Shown in pieces: positions 9,990-24,330 of a DNA stretch of 64,000 nt. The notes beneath the pieces were generated by a model. The model ran no database searches and was not told the DNA's origin. It worked only from the letters and a program-made list of their open reading frames with translations. A program made the position numbers and the translations under genes. Origin of the DNA: Dicyema japonicum (taxonomy: Eukaryota > Animalia > Dicyemida); the NCBI GenBank assembly GCA_011109175.1, contig RDEW01000060.1, positions 59,206-123,205 on the forward strand. The letters run 5' to 3'. Each line of letters starts with the position of its first letter. The first letter of the stretch is position 1.

Positions 9990-12900
9990 TCTCGATAGAA
10001 TGACGTACATGCTAATTGGAGCAGATTTACATGGAACAGATTATAGCTAGTTTGAGATTTTTCACGGACAGAAGGTTCCAGTCAGTATACGCAGTTGGCT
10101 TCTGTGGCAAGTATATAGTCTCTCTAAATCGTTTTTGAGGTTCCCTGTGTTCCGGAATTGTATACTAGTATTGGCTGGATAAACGTGTTTTTTGGTGAGG
10201 TGGTGAAGATTCTCTGTGACGATCTGGAGAGATACGATGCATCTATTGGGTGCCTACAAGAGACGAAAGTTACTTGTAGCCTTGATGATAACTATGGCGA
10301 ATGTCGAATTATATGTAATTCGAGCGACTTGAAACATTATGAATTTGTCATCCACTCAAAGTTGACAAGTGTAGTCAACCGTTTATGGAGTGTGAATGAA
10401 AGGATCTGTGTTATACAAATCCGACTAAACGACTTACCTCCTTCGAAGTGCTTTCTGACAATTGTAAATGTTTATGCATCACACTGCTGGAGAGTAGCAA
10501 AAGATCCGACAGAACTTGACGACTTCTATTCAACACTGTTACGGACGTACAACGAATATGATTCGTCATCACTAATACTCATTGCTGGGGATTTGAATAC
10601 AAAAATCGGGATGAAGAATAACCCGGATGATGTTTTCTTGGGAGAAGATGGACGTGGAATAAGAAACCTATCCGCGACAATACTTGGTCACTTTTGTATG
10701 CCAAACAACCTTTTCCTATGCAATACTGCATTTACGCATCCATCCACAAAACTACGTGGATGAGGAAGAGAAGGAACTCAGAGGGAAAGCTGGTCCCAAT
10801 ATACAACCGAATAGATTATGTCATTTGCCGGGCTAAAGACAAACACTTTCTAGTAAACGCTCATTCATATGAAGGCTCGACGACTATCAGCGACCACAAG
10901 ATGGTTGTTGCAACCTTTACCCTGAATAAACATGCCAGCAAATACATGAATTTCAAAAATCACGAATTTGAGAAAATCAGAGGCGACTACGCGACTGAAA
11001 GGCTGATTTTATGAAGGCTCGACGACTGTCAACGACCACAAGATGGTTATTGCAACCATTACCCTGAATAAACATGCCAGCAAATACATGAATTTCAAAA
11101 ATCACGAATTTGAGAAAATCAGAGGCGACTACGCGACTGAAAGGCTGATTTCCCAGCCGGAGAATACTGAGAGATATCAACAATACATTCAGACTAATCT
11201 GGAGGACGTATTGGTGGATACCACGTTAAAAGACGCCTGGAAATGCACAAAGGACACCATCAACGAAGCTGCTGAAGCATGTCTTGGCAAAAGGGAGATT
11301 AGTAAAATGCACCTAAAGGATATTCATCCAGATGTTCCTGAACTTACGATAAGTCTAAAAAAAATAAATGAGAAAATCAAATGCCTCTGACTCTAATAAG
11401 ATAAAAGCCCTTCAAGGCGAATGCAACGTGCCAGAAGAAAAATAAAGGGTCTGAACAAGAAGCTTTTCATAGAAGAAATAGCTTCCTGTATAGAAGAAGT
11501 GAACAAAGTGAAAGACAACGCACAGGTGTACGTCGCTGCCCGTTTGCTGCGGCGAACAAACCGAAGTAGACTACCAATAAAAGACGAGAACGGTAAGCTG
11601 ATACTGAACACCAAAGAACAAAATGAAGCCATCGCTGCCCACTTTGAGAAGCTTTTCAACATCGAAACCATATAAATCCACCCATTTGATGGAAGACCCC
11701 AAGACCGATGGAAATACCAATCACGGCCGAGGAATTAAAACGGCCTGCCGAAAACTCAAGAATAACAGAACCCCCGGACCAGATGTGATTAACCCAGAAT
11801 TACTGAAATACGGCACTGACCCCCTTTTTTAAAAAATCGCTACTCTACTAATTGAAATGTTTTCAACTAACTTAACTCCACCTCTGGGTACGGAACAACT
11901 AATCCCCATACAAAAAACCAACAAAAACAGAGGACAGCTTGAAAATTAGCGACCCATCATACTACTAAATTCATTACGCAAAGTCTTGGCAAACATTGTG
12001 CTTTAACGAATAAAAGGATCTGCTTACAAATACCTACCAAATAGTCAAAGTGGTTTTCGAGAAAAAATATCTACAGCTGATGCAGTCTGGAGTCACAGAT
12101 GGAGGTGTGCAACATATCAAAGATTCCGTAACGCCACCAATATCCTCGGAATTGACCTATCAAGTGCTTTTGATACGGTTAACAGGAACAAATTAATGGG
12201 GGTTCTGAGCGGATTTCTTGATGAGTCGAGTATAAGGATGACTCGAATCTACTTTCTAACACTGAGCTCTTTGTGAGAGTCGGAAAGACCTATTGAAGAA
12301 AAAAAGAAACAAACACGGGCACTTTACAAGAAGACTTTTTTTCCTCTACTATTCACAATTTATTTGGAAGCTGCTATGAGGGAACTAGGAGAGCGCTATA
12401 CAAAGGAAAGACGGAAGAAGTAATCTTAGACCTAATTTCTGAAGACAATTTCTGAAGACAGAGGTCCTGGAAAACCTATTAGAAAAAGCACTAGATGTAT
12501 AGGGAAATGGTTTCTACTGTGAACAGAGAGAAAACAGAAATCACAGAGATAAGAAGGATGAGCAACGTCCTAGAAGAGAAGTGGCGACAAGTAAAGAAAC
12601 TCGGTTCACTTTTGGGAAATAGCTTAGATACTAGCCAATGCTGTGTTATATAAACTGAAGAATCTATGGCTCAATCAAAAAGGCATCGACACGAAAATGA
12701 GAATCCTATTATACGACTCATTCATAAAACCCGTACTTTTATATAAAGCTGGAACTTGGGTGACCTCATCAGCGGATGTGGAAAAACTCGACTCATTCCA
12801 CGAAGTCAGCTGAGAAAAATAACAGGAACTACTTAGCCTACGAGAATATTGAGGAATGCTTTATATAAGAGATGCAGCACTAGACCTATCAGCTTAGAAG

Positions 12901-13222
12901 TACTGGAATCCCGATGGAAGCTCTTCGGACAGGTGCTGAGGATTGAATTAACATCCCCATCTAACATATCGATGGAAACATACCATGTTAGTCAACAAGG
13001 CCGCTATCGTGGAAGACCAAGAACAATACTGCAAAAAGTCTTACAAAATGATATGGTCAATATCAAAAAAAATCTAATAAATGACGACGATCTGGACATC
13101 ATGAGAGCCTTGGCTAAAAACAGGTGAACATCGAGAAGGATGACATCTAACCTTGTTTCTTTTAATGAACATGCGAAGCTATAATTAGTATGACTCTCGT
13201 GAAGTGCTTAAATACATAATAA
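9990..13222 (+). mobile_element. RTE-clade LINE family 1, copy 1 (APE + RT, many frameshifts; ~142-bp internal tandem duplication at ~10868-11150)
   Basis: CLQETK, GDLNTKIG, IDYVI, SDH (APE); PGPD, RPI, QSGFR, AFD (RT); RWKLFG..GRPRT C-terminus. Confidence 0.9.
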
Positions 13223-13533
13223 GCGTGTCGTATAGTTAGACAAGAAAGTTTCATTGATAAATTACTCTTTCTTATCCAGATATTGTACATTTTTGAAGTA
13301 TATAGTAGCCAAGATTTTCCTTGGACTAATATCCTCAGCGTCACCTACTGAGCCGAGTTTTTTTGTATGTCTACAGAGTTCGTCAATCTTGATTTGGGTC
13401 GTTCAAATCATGTGTAGTCAGTTTTTGTAAACGTCTGACTATATATTATTATAGATATTAAATATAAAAATTAAAAAAAGTCATGTTACAAATTTAAATA
13501 AAATAAAAATTGACCTAATAAAATTTAGATTAC

Positions 13534-14732
13534 ATGAACAGAACTATTAATTTTATCATATATTCTGTTAAGCAAAATCGTCAAAATAAAATGCAATCGG
13601 AATTATTTATTGATTCATATGTAATTTATAAGAATCCTTCTAAAGTATATATTTCATTAACTTTAGGAATATCCGTTATTTTGGTTAAATTGGAATACAC
13701 ATGTAGATGACTGGAAAACTTATAGAACGTATAATTTTTTTCAATATAATATAAATTTTACACTTATTCCACACTTTTACAGTGAGTTTTATACTATTGA
13801 CTTTATAACAGAAATTGATTATGGTACGCTTTTTGTTATACTAAGGTGGTAAACGTTATACAAATATTACAAAGATTCCTAAAACTAGATTTGGAGACGA
13901 CTATCGATGTGGTTATACTCATATTAGTTTTTCGGATAATATATCTGTTACATTTTATTCAATCAAGTTGCAATATCACGATAATGATAGATTGTATTAT
14001 TTTACTGGAAAAGGTTTTTATTAAAATTTTTTTAGCTAACGACTGTAACCCAAATAATGACCCAAATACGCCGATTTGGTTTTTATTAACAAAAATAGAA
14101 TCCGAGCAGTAATAAGTGGAAATATCAAAATATCATATATTGACAATAACAAAATTGTACACGTTTGCATTGATTCTTAGATAACAGATGAGCATTTCAG
14201 TTATCATTACGATAATTTTATAACACGTGTTGTTAATCGAATCCATAAATATCTTTTGATTGGTGCAAATTCTAAAATATATATTACGTGGAAAAACTAG
14301 ATAAAAAATATATTATTTATAACTTTTATGTTTGTGTTGGACATGAAAAATCTAAATGTGTTTTATTTGAAAAGCAATTTAAACAAATTAAAATGGGAGG
14401 ATATTATCAATGTGGACTCATCTCACAAAACTATAAAAATTTGTCTATCGAAATTTCATCTCTTAAATTACAATTCTTCCGCAATGATCTGAGTTTTGAA
14501 TTTATTGGAAATTGTAAATAAAACTGACTAAATTTTAGATGAAATAAGTTTTGAAGAACTAATATCTTCTGAAAGTACATTTTTAAAAAAATTGACGAAA
14601 CATCAAATAATTGGAATCGTATGTGGAGTTGTTGAAATAATATTTACGTGTGTCATTGTCCATATTTATTTCAAACCAAAATCACATGTTGAAATACAGG
14701 AAAACATTCCATTAAACTTTGTAACTAACTGA
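13534..14732 (+). pseudogene. LAMP-like membrane glycoprotein copy 1 (type-A tail; frameshifted; lacks exon 6)
   Basis: Colinear with 35594-36887; 1-nt deletions near 14085 and 14288. Confidence 0.8.
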
Positions 14733-15749
14733 TACTAATTTGTCAAACCGTCTACAATTTATTTGAATTTATATAATTATTAATTATTTGAATTACAGTC
14801 GACATTCTAAAATCTAAAAAATTTTTAATTTTGTTTAAATCCCTGATGTTTTCGAAATTATGATATAGGGAAAATGAAAAAAACGATATAGGGAAAATGA
14901 TAAAAAAAATAGAAAAGTTATAATCTCATTAAAACTACAACAGGACGTGGTGTAGTGCAAAATTACGGAACAAAAGGCGGCATGTTAGCATCTAAAGAGA
15001 TATTTCGCTGAGTTTTAATGACCGATTTGCTTGATCTGTTTTATTTCGAAAGTTATAGAAAACCGTCGGAATCAAAGCACAGGAGATTGTTTTAGAGAAC
15101 TGACGAAGGCGATTCAAAATTCACAAGTAAAAAAGAATATCATTGGAAAAAAATGGCTGAAACCCTAAAGAAAAGAGATGTGAGTGTTACCGTGGACAGT
15201 TTATTTTCTAACCATTTGCAGTGGAAATATCAGGACTCATAGGAAGCAGATCCCTGACGTTCCTGAATTGGATCTCAAAAACGATATAGGGAAAATGATA
15301 AAAAAGAAAAAAACTGGTCCATTGACCGCACTTCTATATAGGTCGTATTGGACAGTTCTTGTTATTTGGTTTCCAAGGATGGTATGGAACTGTGGAAGGA
15401 GATAAATTTTTGGATCTACTGGATAAACCTGAAGCTTTACAATAAAATGACAGATTGAATTTAAAATCCAACATATTATCAGCATATGAGAGGGATCAGG
15501 GTGGATATGAAATATTTTGTGTCACATGTGGTCACGTGAGAGGTAAGTGAGGTTTCTCAACCGAGACATATGGTGACTCACTATAATAACCCCGACTGAA
15601 GATCCAAATCTTATTAATTAGTTTTTCATCTCTTTCTACCTTTAACACACACTTAAGGAGTAATTAACTGACGTTTAAATTAATCGTTAGAAAGGGGCAA
15701 AAATACTCTCAATTTCTTTCTTTTGGTTGCAAGTGAGAAAATCCGTTCT

Positions 15750-16680
15750 GTAGTGAGGGATCACTAATATCTATATAAATCGTCAATTAAGGAAGCCTGT
15801 AGATGCATGGAACCTTAAGCGGAGTGATTAGCTGCTGAGATGAACCGGAAAGAATCTGATTTTCTGATGTAATTATGAATTATGAGATCGACCAAACGGA
15901 ATATCTTGAAAAATGTATTTATTTAATTCCAAGAATCATCACCGAATTAAGGAAATGGAAACGTATCCATTAAGTGATCTTGGCCATTATCAGGAATCAT
16001 CTGATCTTCGCTCTATGTTCTTCACGGTATCCCACGAATCATGTAGGTTCGCACTACTAATAGGGCTTCACGTAAGATTAAAAACATTCCTATTATCCTC
16101 ACTGTGATCTCGAAAAGAGTAAAGTTAACAAAAGGTGACGAAAACTTATTAAGAGTTCAAATTAGTGACGAGTAGAAGTTTTCAATTATCTTACATATTT
16201 GCTAAATTTGATGGATCACCAGCGCTTTTTTGTTATCTAAAGCTATTTGAATATTATAGGTGATGCTACAAAATAGGAAAAAATAAAAAAAAAAGTCAAT
16301 AAATCATATTAATTCACCATAGCATGTCCAACAAGAGCATAGGAATTTAGTGATTGACTTAGAAGTTCTTGACACAACTCTCTCTTCGGCCTCTGAGAGA
16401 CATAGCAATCCATGTTTAGAGTTTGCTTGTGTTATCCAATGTATCAAAAATCTTTTGTATGTCAGTTAAGAATACAACGGACTTTTGATGCCCTTATTTG
16501 AATTTCAGGCCATCCGAGATAAAATTTGAAAACGAGTGAGTTGAATTGGAGAAGCACTTCTTGAATCTGTGTTGAATTGTGTCGCTGGAAGGTACTGACG
16601 AATAAGATCTAGATCAAGTTTGTCCAGTATTTTTGCATCAGAACAAAAAAGTAATACAGGTCTGTAAGATGATGGGATGC
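15750..16680 (-). mobile_element. Heavily decayed CR1/L2/Jockey-type RT remnant
   Basis: PSSYRPVLLFCSDAKILDK and DIQKIFDTLD remnants on the minus strand. Confidence 0.55.
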
Positions 16681-16711
16681 CCTATGGTCTTATAGGTTTT
16701 TAATTAAATTA

Positions 16712-17012
16712 AATTTATTTTCCCCGGATACACCGAGAAAAAAGTTAAAGTAATCAACTTAAGTGTATCCAGATCCACTTCTACAGAAACATAGTCCATC
16801 CTGAATCAGTATAAAAGGAAAAGACGCACATCCTTGCATTTGTGGAAACCCCTTCAGTCAGTGGTGGTGAGCTAATGATTCTTTTCGTGCTGGCCAGGTA
16901 CTGGGACACCTGGACAGGTGGATCACATGACACTATTCTAATAGGAAGAGAGAAGAGAAAGAGACAAACAAACATAAAACTTAAACTAATTAGTCACGCA
17001 GCACCACATGGC
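16712..17012 (-). repeat. Dispersed ~300-bp repeat, probably a LINE 3' UTR; copies at ~24285-24585 and ~59110-59308
   Basis: Shared CCGGATACACCGAGAA...GGACAGGTGGATCACATGAC...CACGCAGCACCA; on the - strand it ends in a hairpin plus AATAAA. Confidence 0.75.
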
Positions 17013-17599
17013 GTAATTTTTCATAGTAAAATGGTTATGTCACAAAAGAGGTTTTATTTGTATGATTATAACTTAATGTTTTTTTTAATTAAAAAATAAA
17101 TAATAAATTTATAAATTAAAAAAATTAATTATATGTATGGTTGTATGTGTAGGACGTGTAGTTTGATTCTTAAATTCACAACGAAAGCTTATCTACATCA
17201 AGGATTGTAAATTTGTGTGATAAATAATACTAAATGGAGGGATTGAATAGATTTACTTAAAGGGTATTAGTTTTTATTATTTTTAGATATTTAAAAAATT
17301 CGGAGTTCATGACTTTTTAGTTGACTCACGAGATTAACACGTCCGTCTTAAATTCGGCTTCTACTTTATTAAGAGTTTACTGAGAACAATAGTGAGGACT
17401 TAAGAACTGTGGAAATTTACAATCCTAGTCTTCTAGAAGAGAATGTACTAAATGAAACGAAAATTTATGATAAATACATAAAATCCTAATTCAAATGGTC
17501 CATATCACTTTGCTAATGGACATACTTTTCACTTGGGACAAAAATCCAATGTATGCCTTTTAAATTAAAATTTAGCCTAACTTTCCATCTAAAATTATT

Positions 17600-18240
17600 G
17601 AAATTTGTTACTGGTTTGTTATCTGCCTGCTAGAGCAATTGCTTTCCATTTTAAACTCCCTCTATTAGTTACTGGATAACAGACCTCCTTGTTGGACTTC
17701 TGTATTTGGGTTTGGATAACGACAAGTATTATTTTTAAATAACTAAGTAAACTCTTTGTTTTAAATGTCACAAACTATGGAAGTTTGTCCTTAGTCCTTT
17801 ACATTCTATTAACTAATGATGGCTGTAAACTTGTCGCCGGCATCTTTAATGGGAATTTTATGCTTGGAAATGTCCTCGTGAATCTTTGATTGAAAACTAT
17901 ATATTAAGAAGAAACAAAAATTAGGATATTTGCACACATTTTGATGTTGTATGGAAAACTTGTGTGATTTCTTTTATATTGTGATATCCATGTTGCTGAA
18001 TGTTGTATCAAATGACCAACTTGACCATGTTGTGCCTTGATAATTTATTGATGGAGGTATTACAATTATGAATTCAAAGACAGGAAAGCGGATTCGATGA
18101 GTATGACTGATGGATGCTAGGATATAACAGATTGACTGTTGAAATAATGTCAATGGATACGTTGTTTTCGTGTTGAAATTATGTATTTTAAGATTTTAAT
18201 TAAAAGGTTACTCCGTTTGTGATATCATTTCTAACAAATT
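17600..18240 (-). pseudogene. Possible decayed gene with TSP1-like remnants
   Basis: YQGTTWSSWSFDTT and TCRYPNPNTEVQQGG in broken frames; weak. Confidence 0.2.
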
Positions 18241-18961
18241 CTTTCCTATTCACTTTTATAGGGGTTTCCTATCAGTAACGACAATAGTCAATCGAAACTG
18301 TGAGCTCACCATTGAGATACGACTACTCTTCGAAATATGGCAAAAAGTAAAATCATTCAATGAATTAATAAAAGAATGTAAATAATTTTTATGCTGTTCC
18401 ACTATAGCTGTTTTAAAAATATAAAAATTAATTTTTTTTGTTGTTATGATTGACCAAGTGTCGTTGTTGAAAGAAAACCTTATATAAATCGAGTTTTTTA
18501 TTTTGAATATCTTAGAGACTCAAAAGATTAAAGCATACAATTGTTCAATTATATTAGCAGTGTTGGATGGTTGTAGACTTCAGTTTGTTGGAAGTTATTT
18601 ATTGTAAGAAAATAATGGTATTAATTTGACTATAGAATCCACTTGATTTTGTAGGTCCCGTTTCTGGCAGATTCGGGTGGTTATAATGTATCATATTTTT
18701 AATCAGACTGTACCTACTTGGTCGTAGGACTTCTTACTCCTTTGTTCACCAAACATTTCTTCAATTCCTAATAGGCGTCATAAAATCTACCTAACACATG
18801 AAATGCCCTGTGACTGGCCAGCACCCAGAAGGGATTTTTCTCTTCACTAATATAGTAGTGAAGTCCCCAAAATGGTAAATATGGAAGGGGATAATGCTTG
18901 GAATTTTGACGGGGGAACTGAATAAAACCTTCAGGTATACTGGGGGTTATTAAAAATAACT

Positions 18962-19300
18962 GTAAATATTCTTGAAATCAATCCCATTATCCATATCCAG
19001 GAATATATTCATTCTAAATTGGTAAATCAGCAATAAGAGACTCAAATTGGCTTAAAACTAGTCTTCAAATAACAAATTAACTCAGTACCCACGATGTGAG
19101 TGAGAGCATTCTCTTGAATAATCTATTACATCCATATCCGCTACTCTTGGAACCTCTCTTGTGAGGTAAAGAGTCAGCCACTGACCGTCTTCTTGGATAA
19201 GATGATTACATGATAAATTTATTTCGCTTTGAGGGCCACATTTGTAATTACATCTTTTTTGGATACAATTTTTGATATGTTGGGCTCAGCTATTCGTGTA
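18962..19300. repeat. Inverted duplication of ~25915-26480
   Basis: Reverse-complement identity, e.g. CATCCATATCCGCTACTCTTGGAACCTCTCTTGTGAGG. Confidence 0.85.
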
Positions 19301-19338
19301 ATTCCGAGTTTATTAAAGTGACAAAAATTCATATGCTT

Positions 19339-19617
19339 TCATCTGCCTTTGAACATTAGTATAAAAAGTGATGTGAATAAGGAAAATTGATGTTCAAAAA
19401 ACGAGAAATCATTAAATCTCACTTGAAATTCTTTTAAAAACGATTCTAGTTGTTTTTCATAGTGTGGAAAATTCATTACAGTATGTGCTCCAATAGTACT
19501 CCTGAGGTCTTTGAAAGTCACATTTGATACCTGAGAATTAAATAATTTAATTCTCAAAATAAACCTCTTAATGTGACTAGACAACTGAGTTATGAGCATG
19601 TCTTTGCCCGAAAACAC
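19339..19617 (-). mobile_element. hAT (GTF2IRD2/Charlie-like) transposase fragment
   Basis: GKDMLITQLSSHIKRFILRIKLF...LKEFQVRFNDF, typical of that family. Confidence 0.65.
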
Positions 19618-19619
19618 AA

Positions 19620-20045
19620 ATTAGGGTCGTTCACATGTGATGTAGTAACCACTGAAAATGCCAAATCACATTTTCCATCCTGCTTTGTTGTAACACATTT
19701 ATAATCAACATGTTTTGCGTTCATGTCCCCAACCAAAATTGGATTCACATTTTCGTTAAAAAATTTCTCAATGATCCAAGGGTACTCACGTAAGCTTTTA
19801 GAATAAATTCCTCCAACTGTCATTCATCCAATATTCATTTGTATTTGCACACTGACTAATTCACATACATCTTCTTTAATAATTCTTGGTCTCTTCATAT
19901 TCAAATTAGATTTATAATAAATCGAAGTTCAGAAATAGAACCCTTCTTCCACGGAATATCAATTGATGAAAATCCATTAAGTTTAAAAGAACTTCCCTTC
20001 TTGATCTTCGTCTCATTTACTATCAAAACATCCTATATCGCTATA
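19620..20045 (-). mobile_element. LINE AP-endonuclease fragment (Jockey-like)
   Basis: DVLIVNETKI, GGIYS, ILVGDMNAKH. Confidence 0.75.
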
Positions 20046-20054
20046 TCGGGGCCA

Positions 20055-22090
20055 AACCAAACCAAAACCAAACCAAATTTATTCCAAAGTAAGTAAGTAA
20101 GGAGTTAGTTTAAGGATATTTAAACGTGTCCGCCTATGCAACCTGAACACTTCCGATGTATCCACACTCCATTTAGTTATCTTCTATCGTCGGATCCCAT
20201 TGATTCTTTTCTCTACGATGTTTTTAACAGGAGTTAGAATCATGTTTTTTTCAGTGCTGAGAGCATCCCAGAGCCTTTTCCCTAAAGCCAACTTTATTGC
20301 CGACCTTCTTGTTTTTTTTCCATAAGAAACATTATTCTTTCTCTTTGGCAATAGAAAAACTATGCTTCGCATCCATATAGCAGTTCCGGTAGGATGATCC
20401 TCATGAAGATGAACAAGAAGGTTTCCAGGCTTACAAGCAACTTTTTCGTACATAAGAGTGCTTGAAGCGCCTTCTTCCTTCTTCGTTTTATGTCCTTCAT
20501 AAAGGAACCATTTCCATCGATTGCTATCCCGAGGTAGCGCATTGAGTTTACATTAGCAAACTCTAATGAGTAAGGCTTCTTCTGATGCCTCCTTAGGCGA
20601 CTTACTCGTAGAGAGCTGGATTTCTCCGTAGATAATCTCATCAATCTTTTTGTGCATCAGTCCTGAACTTGTCTAATGAATGACACGATCCTTTTCTCCG
20701 AAAGAGTTGATTTGCCAGATGTATCTGTGATCAGAGTATCATCGGCGTATATCAATAGTTTTGTGTTTATATCCGGTGGAGTTAGAAAATCTGATAGGAA
20801 TATGTTGAATAGCAGAGGGCTCAGGACGGAACAATGTGGAACTCCCCTCTTCAGTATGATGTCTTTCGACATATGTGCTCCAACACGTACTTGGGAATTC
20901 CGTCCTGTTAGGAAATCCCTTTCCATATGAGAAGTTTCTTTTGGATCTGAGCAGCTGCTAGCCTTGATAGAAGTGCTTCATGCCACACACTATCGAAATC
21001 CTTGGATAGATCCAAACATACCAGGTTGACTAGTCTTTTGACTTCCAGACCTCTCAATACCGTTGAATGCATCTGGTAGATAAAGTCCGTGCATGATTTT
21101 ACTGGTTTGAAGCCCCATTGTTCTGCAAGGAGAAAACCACTCTTTTCTATGTGGTCGTTAAGCCTTCTGAAAATAATTCGTTCCATAATCTTGGAGATCG
21201 AACAGATGAGGCTTATTGGCCTATAGCTGAGAGGGTCCCTCCTCGATTTTCCCGGTTTCAGTATCATTCTGACAATGGAAGATTTCCAGCGTCTTGGGAC
21301 ATGACCATGATGAATGCTTGCATTGAATAAATTCTTCAGTATGGGAAATAGAGCCTCTGGGGCTTCCTTGAACAATCTCATGCTTAGATGGTCAAGTCCA
21401 GGAATGTTAGCCTTGCATTTCATGATTGCAGTCATGACTTCATGCGTAGTTATTTTCATTTCAGTGTCTTTAAGATCGTCCAAACAGTAGGTTAAAATTT
21501 CACGTGAAAAATCTAACGTCTCCCTTGGAATGAGCTCCGTCGGGTTGACCCCCTGAATACGGTCAAGTTGTTTCTTAAAAATATCTGGGGCTTCTTCCAT
21601 AGAACACAGTCCACTTTCTGGCTTGGTCAAGGAGATTTTTATGTCATTCCTTTTCTGGCTAGTTATTCTTTTGTAGAACTTCCAGAACGAGGGGTCTTTG
21701 GTGTTTAGTTTGCTTGCCTCTACCCTCAAACATTGTTCTTAAGATAGTCTTATTCCTTCTTCAATGGCTTTCTTGGTTATCTTCAATTGTCCGGTTAGTG
21801 CAATCCGGTCTATCCAGTCCACACATCTTCTGAGTTTAGTTATCAGGCGATTCCTTGCATTGATCAAAGATAATGTATAAATCGAAAGACTGATGCTCTT
21901 TCCATGATTAGTACTCGAGGATCTTTTTCTTGCGTAAAGCATTAAGTATGTCTCCATCATGATAGAGAGTTCATTGTCTATGATGTCGATATCACTTCGG
22001 GAATAATCTTTAATCTTTCAGTGTTTTATATTTATTGATATGTACCTTCTGTAGTGTTCCCAGTTTATTCTTCTTAGGTCGTAACCTAAA
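20055..22090 (-). mobile_element. Jockey/I-type LINE RT, 5'-truncated and frameshifted, with (TTAC)n/(GGTTT)n tail
   Basis: PGLD, KPGK, SYRPISL, EQWGFK, LDLSKDFDSVWH, GVPHCSVLSPLLFNIF, IYADD, RYLG; simple repeats at 20053-20100. Confidence 0.9.
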
Positions 22091-22399
22091 ACAATTCTAA
22101 ACGCTTCTGCCAAAGTTTTAACGCTAACTTAACTAAATAACTCGAGATTAATCTGGCCGTTTTAGAATAAAATTGTTTCCCAGAGCTGCAAACGCTTCGT
22201 AAAAAGATATTGGGAAAAAGTGTTTTTTTATTAATTTAAAAATAAGATCTTGTAAAAATTATTCATCTCTAATTATCTTTTTTGATTCGTTTCATATATG
22301 TTTTTTTATTTCCATCGGTCATCTGTATTCAGACAATATTGTGAGTTCCATAATCATTCAAGATGGATTAGAAAAAAGATGGATTAGTTCCATAATCTT

Positions 22400-23600
22400 T
22401 CATAACTCTGACCTTTTTACAAAAATTAATAGAAATACCTTATCACCAGTTTTAAATAAATATTTGCATTGATGTACACCCATTTTTTATTCATTTTCTT
22501 AAAATATGGTGAATCCAATTTTTGTGGATTGGATTGAAATTAAAACGACGTTTCTTCAAATCCATATTATCTAAAAGAAACCCTTTTTGGGTGAAATAAC
22601 ACGGGCTGAAAGCATGACTTTCTTGATTGGAAGCATGACTATCATCGCAATTTTCATCAATTAATGATCCTTCACAATCTGAAAAATTAAATAAATCTCA
22701 TTGAAACCAAACCTATATCTGTAATAATCTTATCGACTACTGTGTTTTCTCATAAGATGTTGTTGAATCCATTAATTCCTCGATACTTCTAAAATGGAGT
22801 ATTGCCTCAAAAATAATTTAATAAAAAGTTACCTGTTGATGTATGGGTATACAGATTATAAAAATAAACTGCTTCTTTTATGTGTTCAGTCCAACAATTA
22901 TCTTCGGACATCATCTTAGATAGTGATCTTGTGATTGTTTGCTTAAAACGTTTGATAATCGCTTGACTCCTTGGATTGTTAGGCCTACTATGAATTTGTT
23001 GGACTTTGAAGCGGTCACATAATGCTTTTACATTGGAATTTTCAAATTCTGTCCCATTATCCGATTGTAAGAATCGGCATGGTCCATAATCCAAAAAGAT
23101 TTCTTTGAGGTTTTCGGCCACTTCATATCCACTCTTACATTTCATATTTCTTGTGAAGGCATATTTAGAATGTATATTAATTACAGTAAGAAGCCATTTG
23201 AAAGAATCATTGTTTTTATTAAACCTTGAATTTATTTAATAACAAAGTCTTACCTTTTTAGATCAACCATGTCTTTGAAATCTTTCATTCGGCTGAGTAG
23301 CTATAATTTGATTTTCAGGATCCATTTGCTTCAGTGGAGTCGGAAAACGACGAATATCACATTCTGACACCATTTTTCGAATAATTTCTCGTTTCACGAA
23401 AAAATATCTTTCATTGCAATATTGCTCCAATGTGTTGTGTCCACAATGGGTCAATTGATAAATTTGCGTGGAAACTAATTCCATCTCTTAATAATTATCT
23501 AGGAGATGACAATTTTGTGGTTTCCATTAGTGTCTTCGAGGTATTACCTCCCATTGATAGATAAAAAATTTTTTGCCTTTTGAGTTAATCGAAATTTTTT
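22400..23600 (-). mobile_element. Decayed DDE integrase, Ginger/KRBA2-like or Gypsy-derived
   Basis: HCGHNT...ECD (Zn-binding), LQSDNGTEF, HSRPNNPRSQA, FKTGDKV; no adjacent LTR-type RT or RNase H. Confidence 0.75.
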
Positions 23601-23799
23601 TTGTCTCTTATTAGATCGATCCCTTTCTGTTCCAATAATTTCATTATATCATGATATTCCTGGGTTGTTTTAACAAAACACAGCGTCATCAGATTAACTT
23701 AATTAAACACGTTTGTATTATGTTATTTAAATTTTAAAAACTGTTTCACCTTCCAAAAATATTTAAACAGTTTCTTAGTTCCAGAAGAACCACATAAAA

Positions 23800-24330
23800 T
23801 TTTAATTATATGAAAAAAAACAAAATGATTTTTTGTATTTTATAGGTATTAAATCGAACCTCAATTATGTTTTTAGCGGGCCGTATGTTTGACACTCCTG
23901 TGATAGGGGATTTCAAAAGGAAAATAACTGATAGGAATCCTACCACCAAGTAGCTCATGCAAGTTGACAGTTCATCCATCACCATAGGAAGCTGAGAAAT
24001 GGCCAGGGTTTCTTACGTTTCTTCAAGGGGGTAGGATAGCGATTCATAAATGAGTGAGTCATAGAAGAATTGGGCATAAAGATAGGCAATGCAAAGAATT
24101 CCTCTGCAGACATGAAAGAATGCACTTCTGTAAGGCAGATCATTCGCTGGTGGAACATTTAAGTAGAGTCGGGTGCTATTTTGAGACAGGGATGACATAA
24201 AAGTAGGTTTAACTATTCTTCTATGTGGTCAAGGGGTTTCAAATAAATAACATAAAAACTCTGAAAGTTTCACAAAAATTAATTTATTAACTCCGGATAC
24301 ACCGAGAATGAAGTAAAGCAAACAACAAAT
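23800..24330. repeat. hAT terminus (GCGGGCCGTATGTTTGACACTCCTG, 23876-23900) plus flank; inverted duplicate at ~50300-50810
   Basis: Charlie-type end followed by TGATAGGG; the same junction recurs in reverse near 50700-50740. Confidence 0.7.

Noticed and set aside
13846-14112. Hydrophobic ORF LETTIDVVILILVFRIIY (also 46174-46464) as a small membrane protein
   Set aside because: Mostly the wrong frame of LAMP-like exon 3 read through an intron
20053-20100. (AACCA)n/(GTAA)n as telomeric or CRISPR repeats
   Set aside because: Short simple repeats at a LINE 3' tail; no spacers; eukaryotic context
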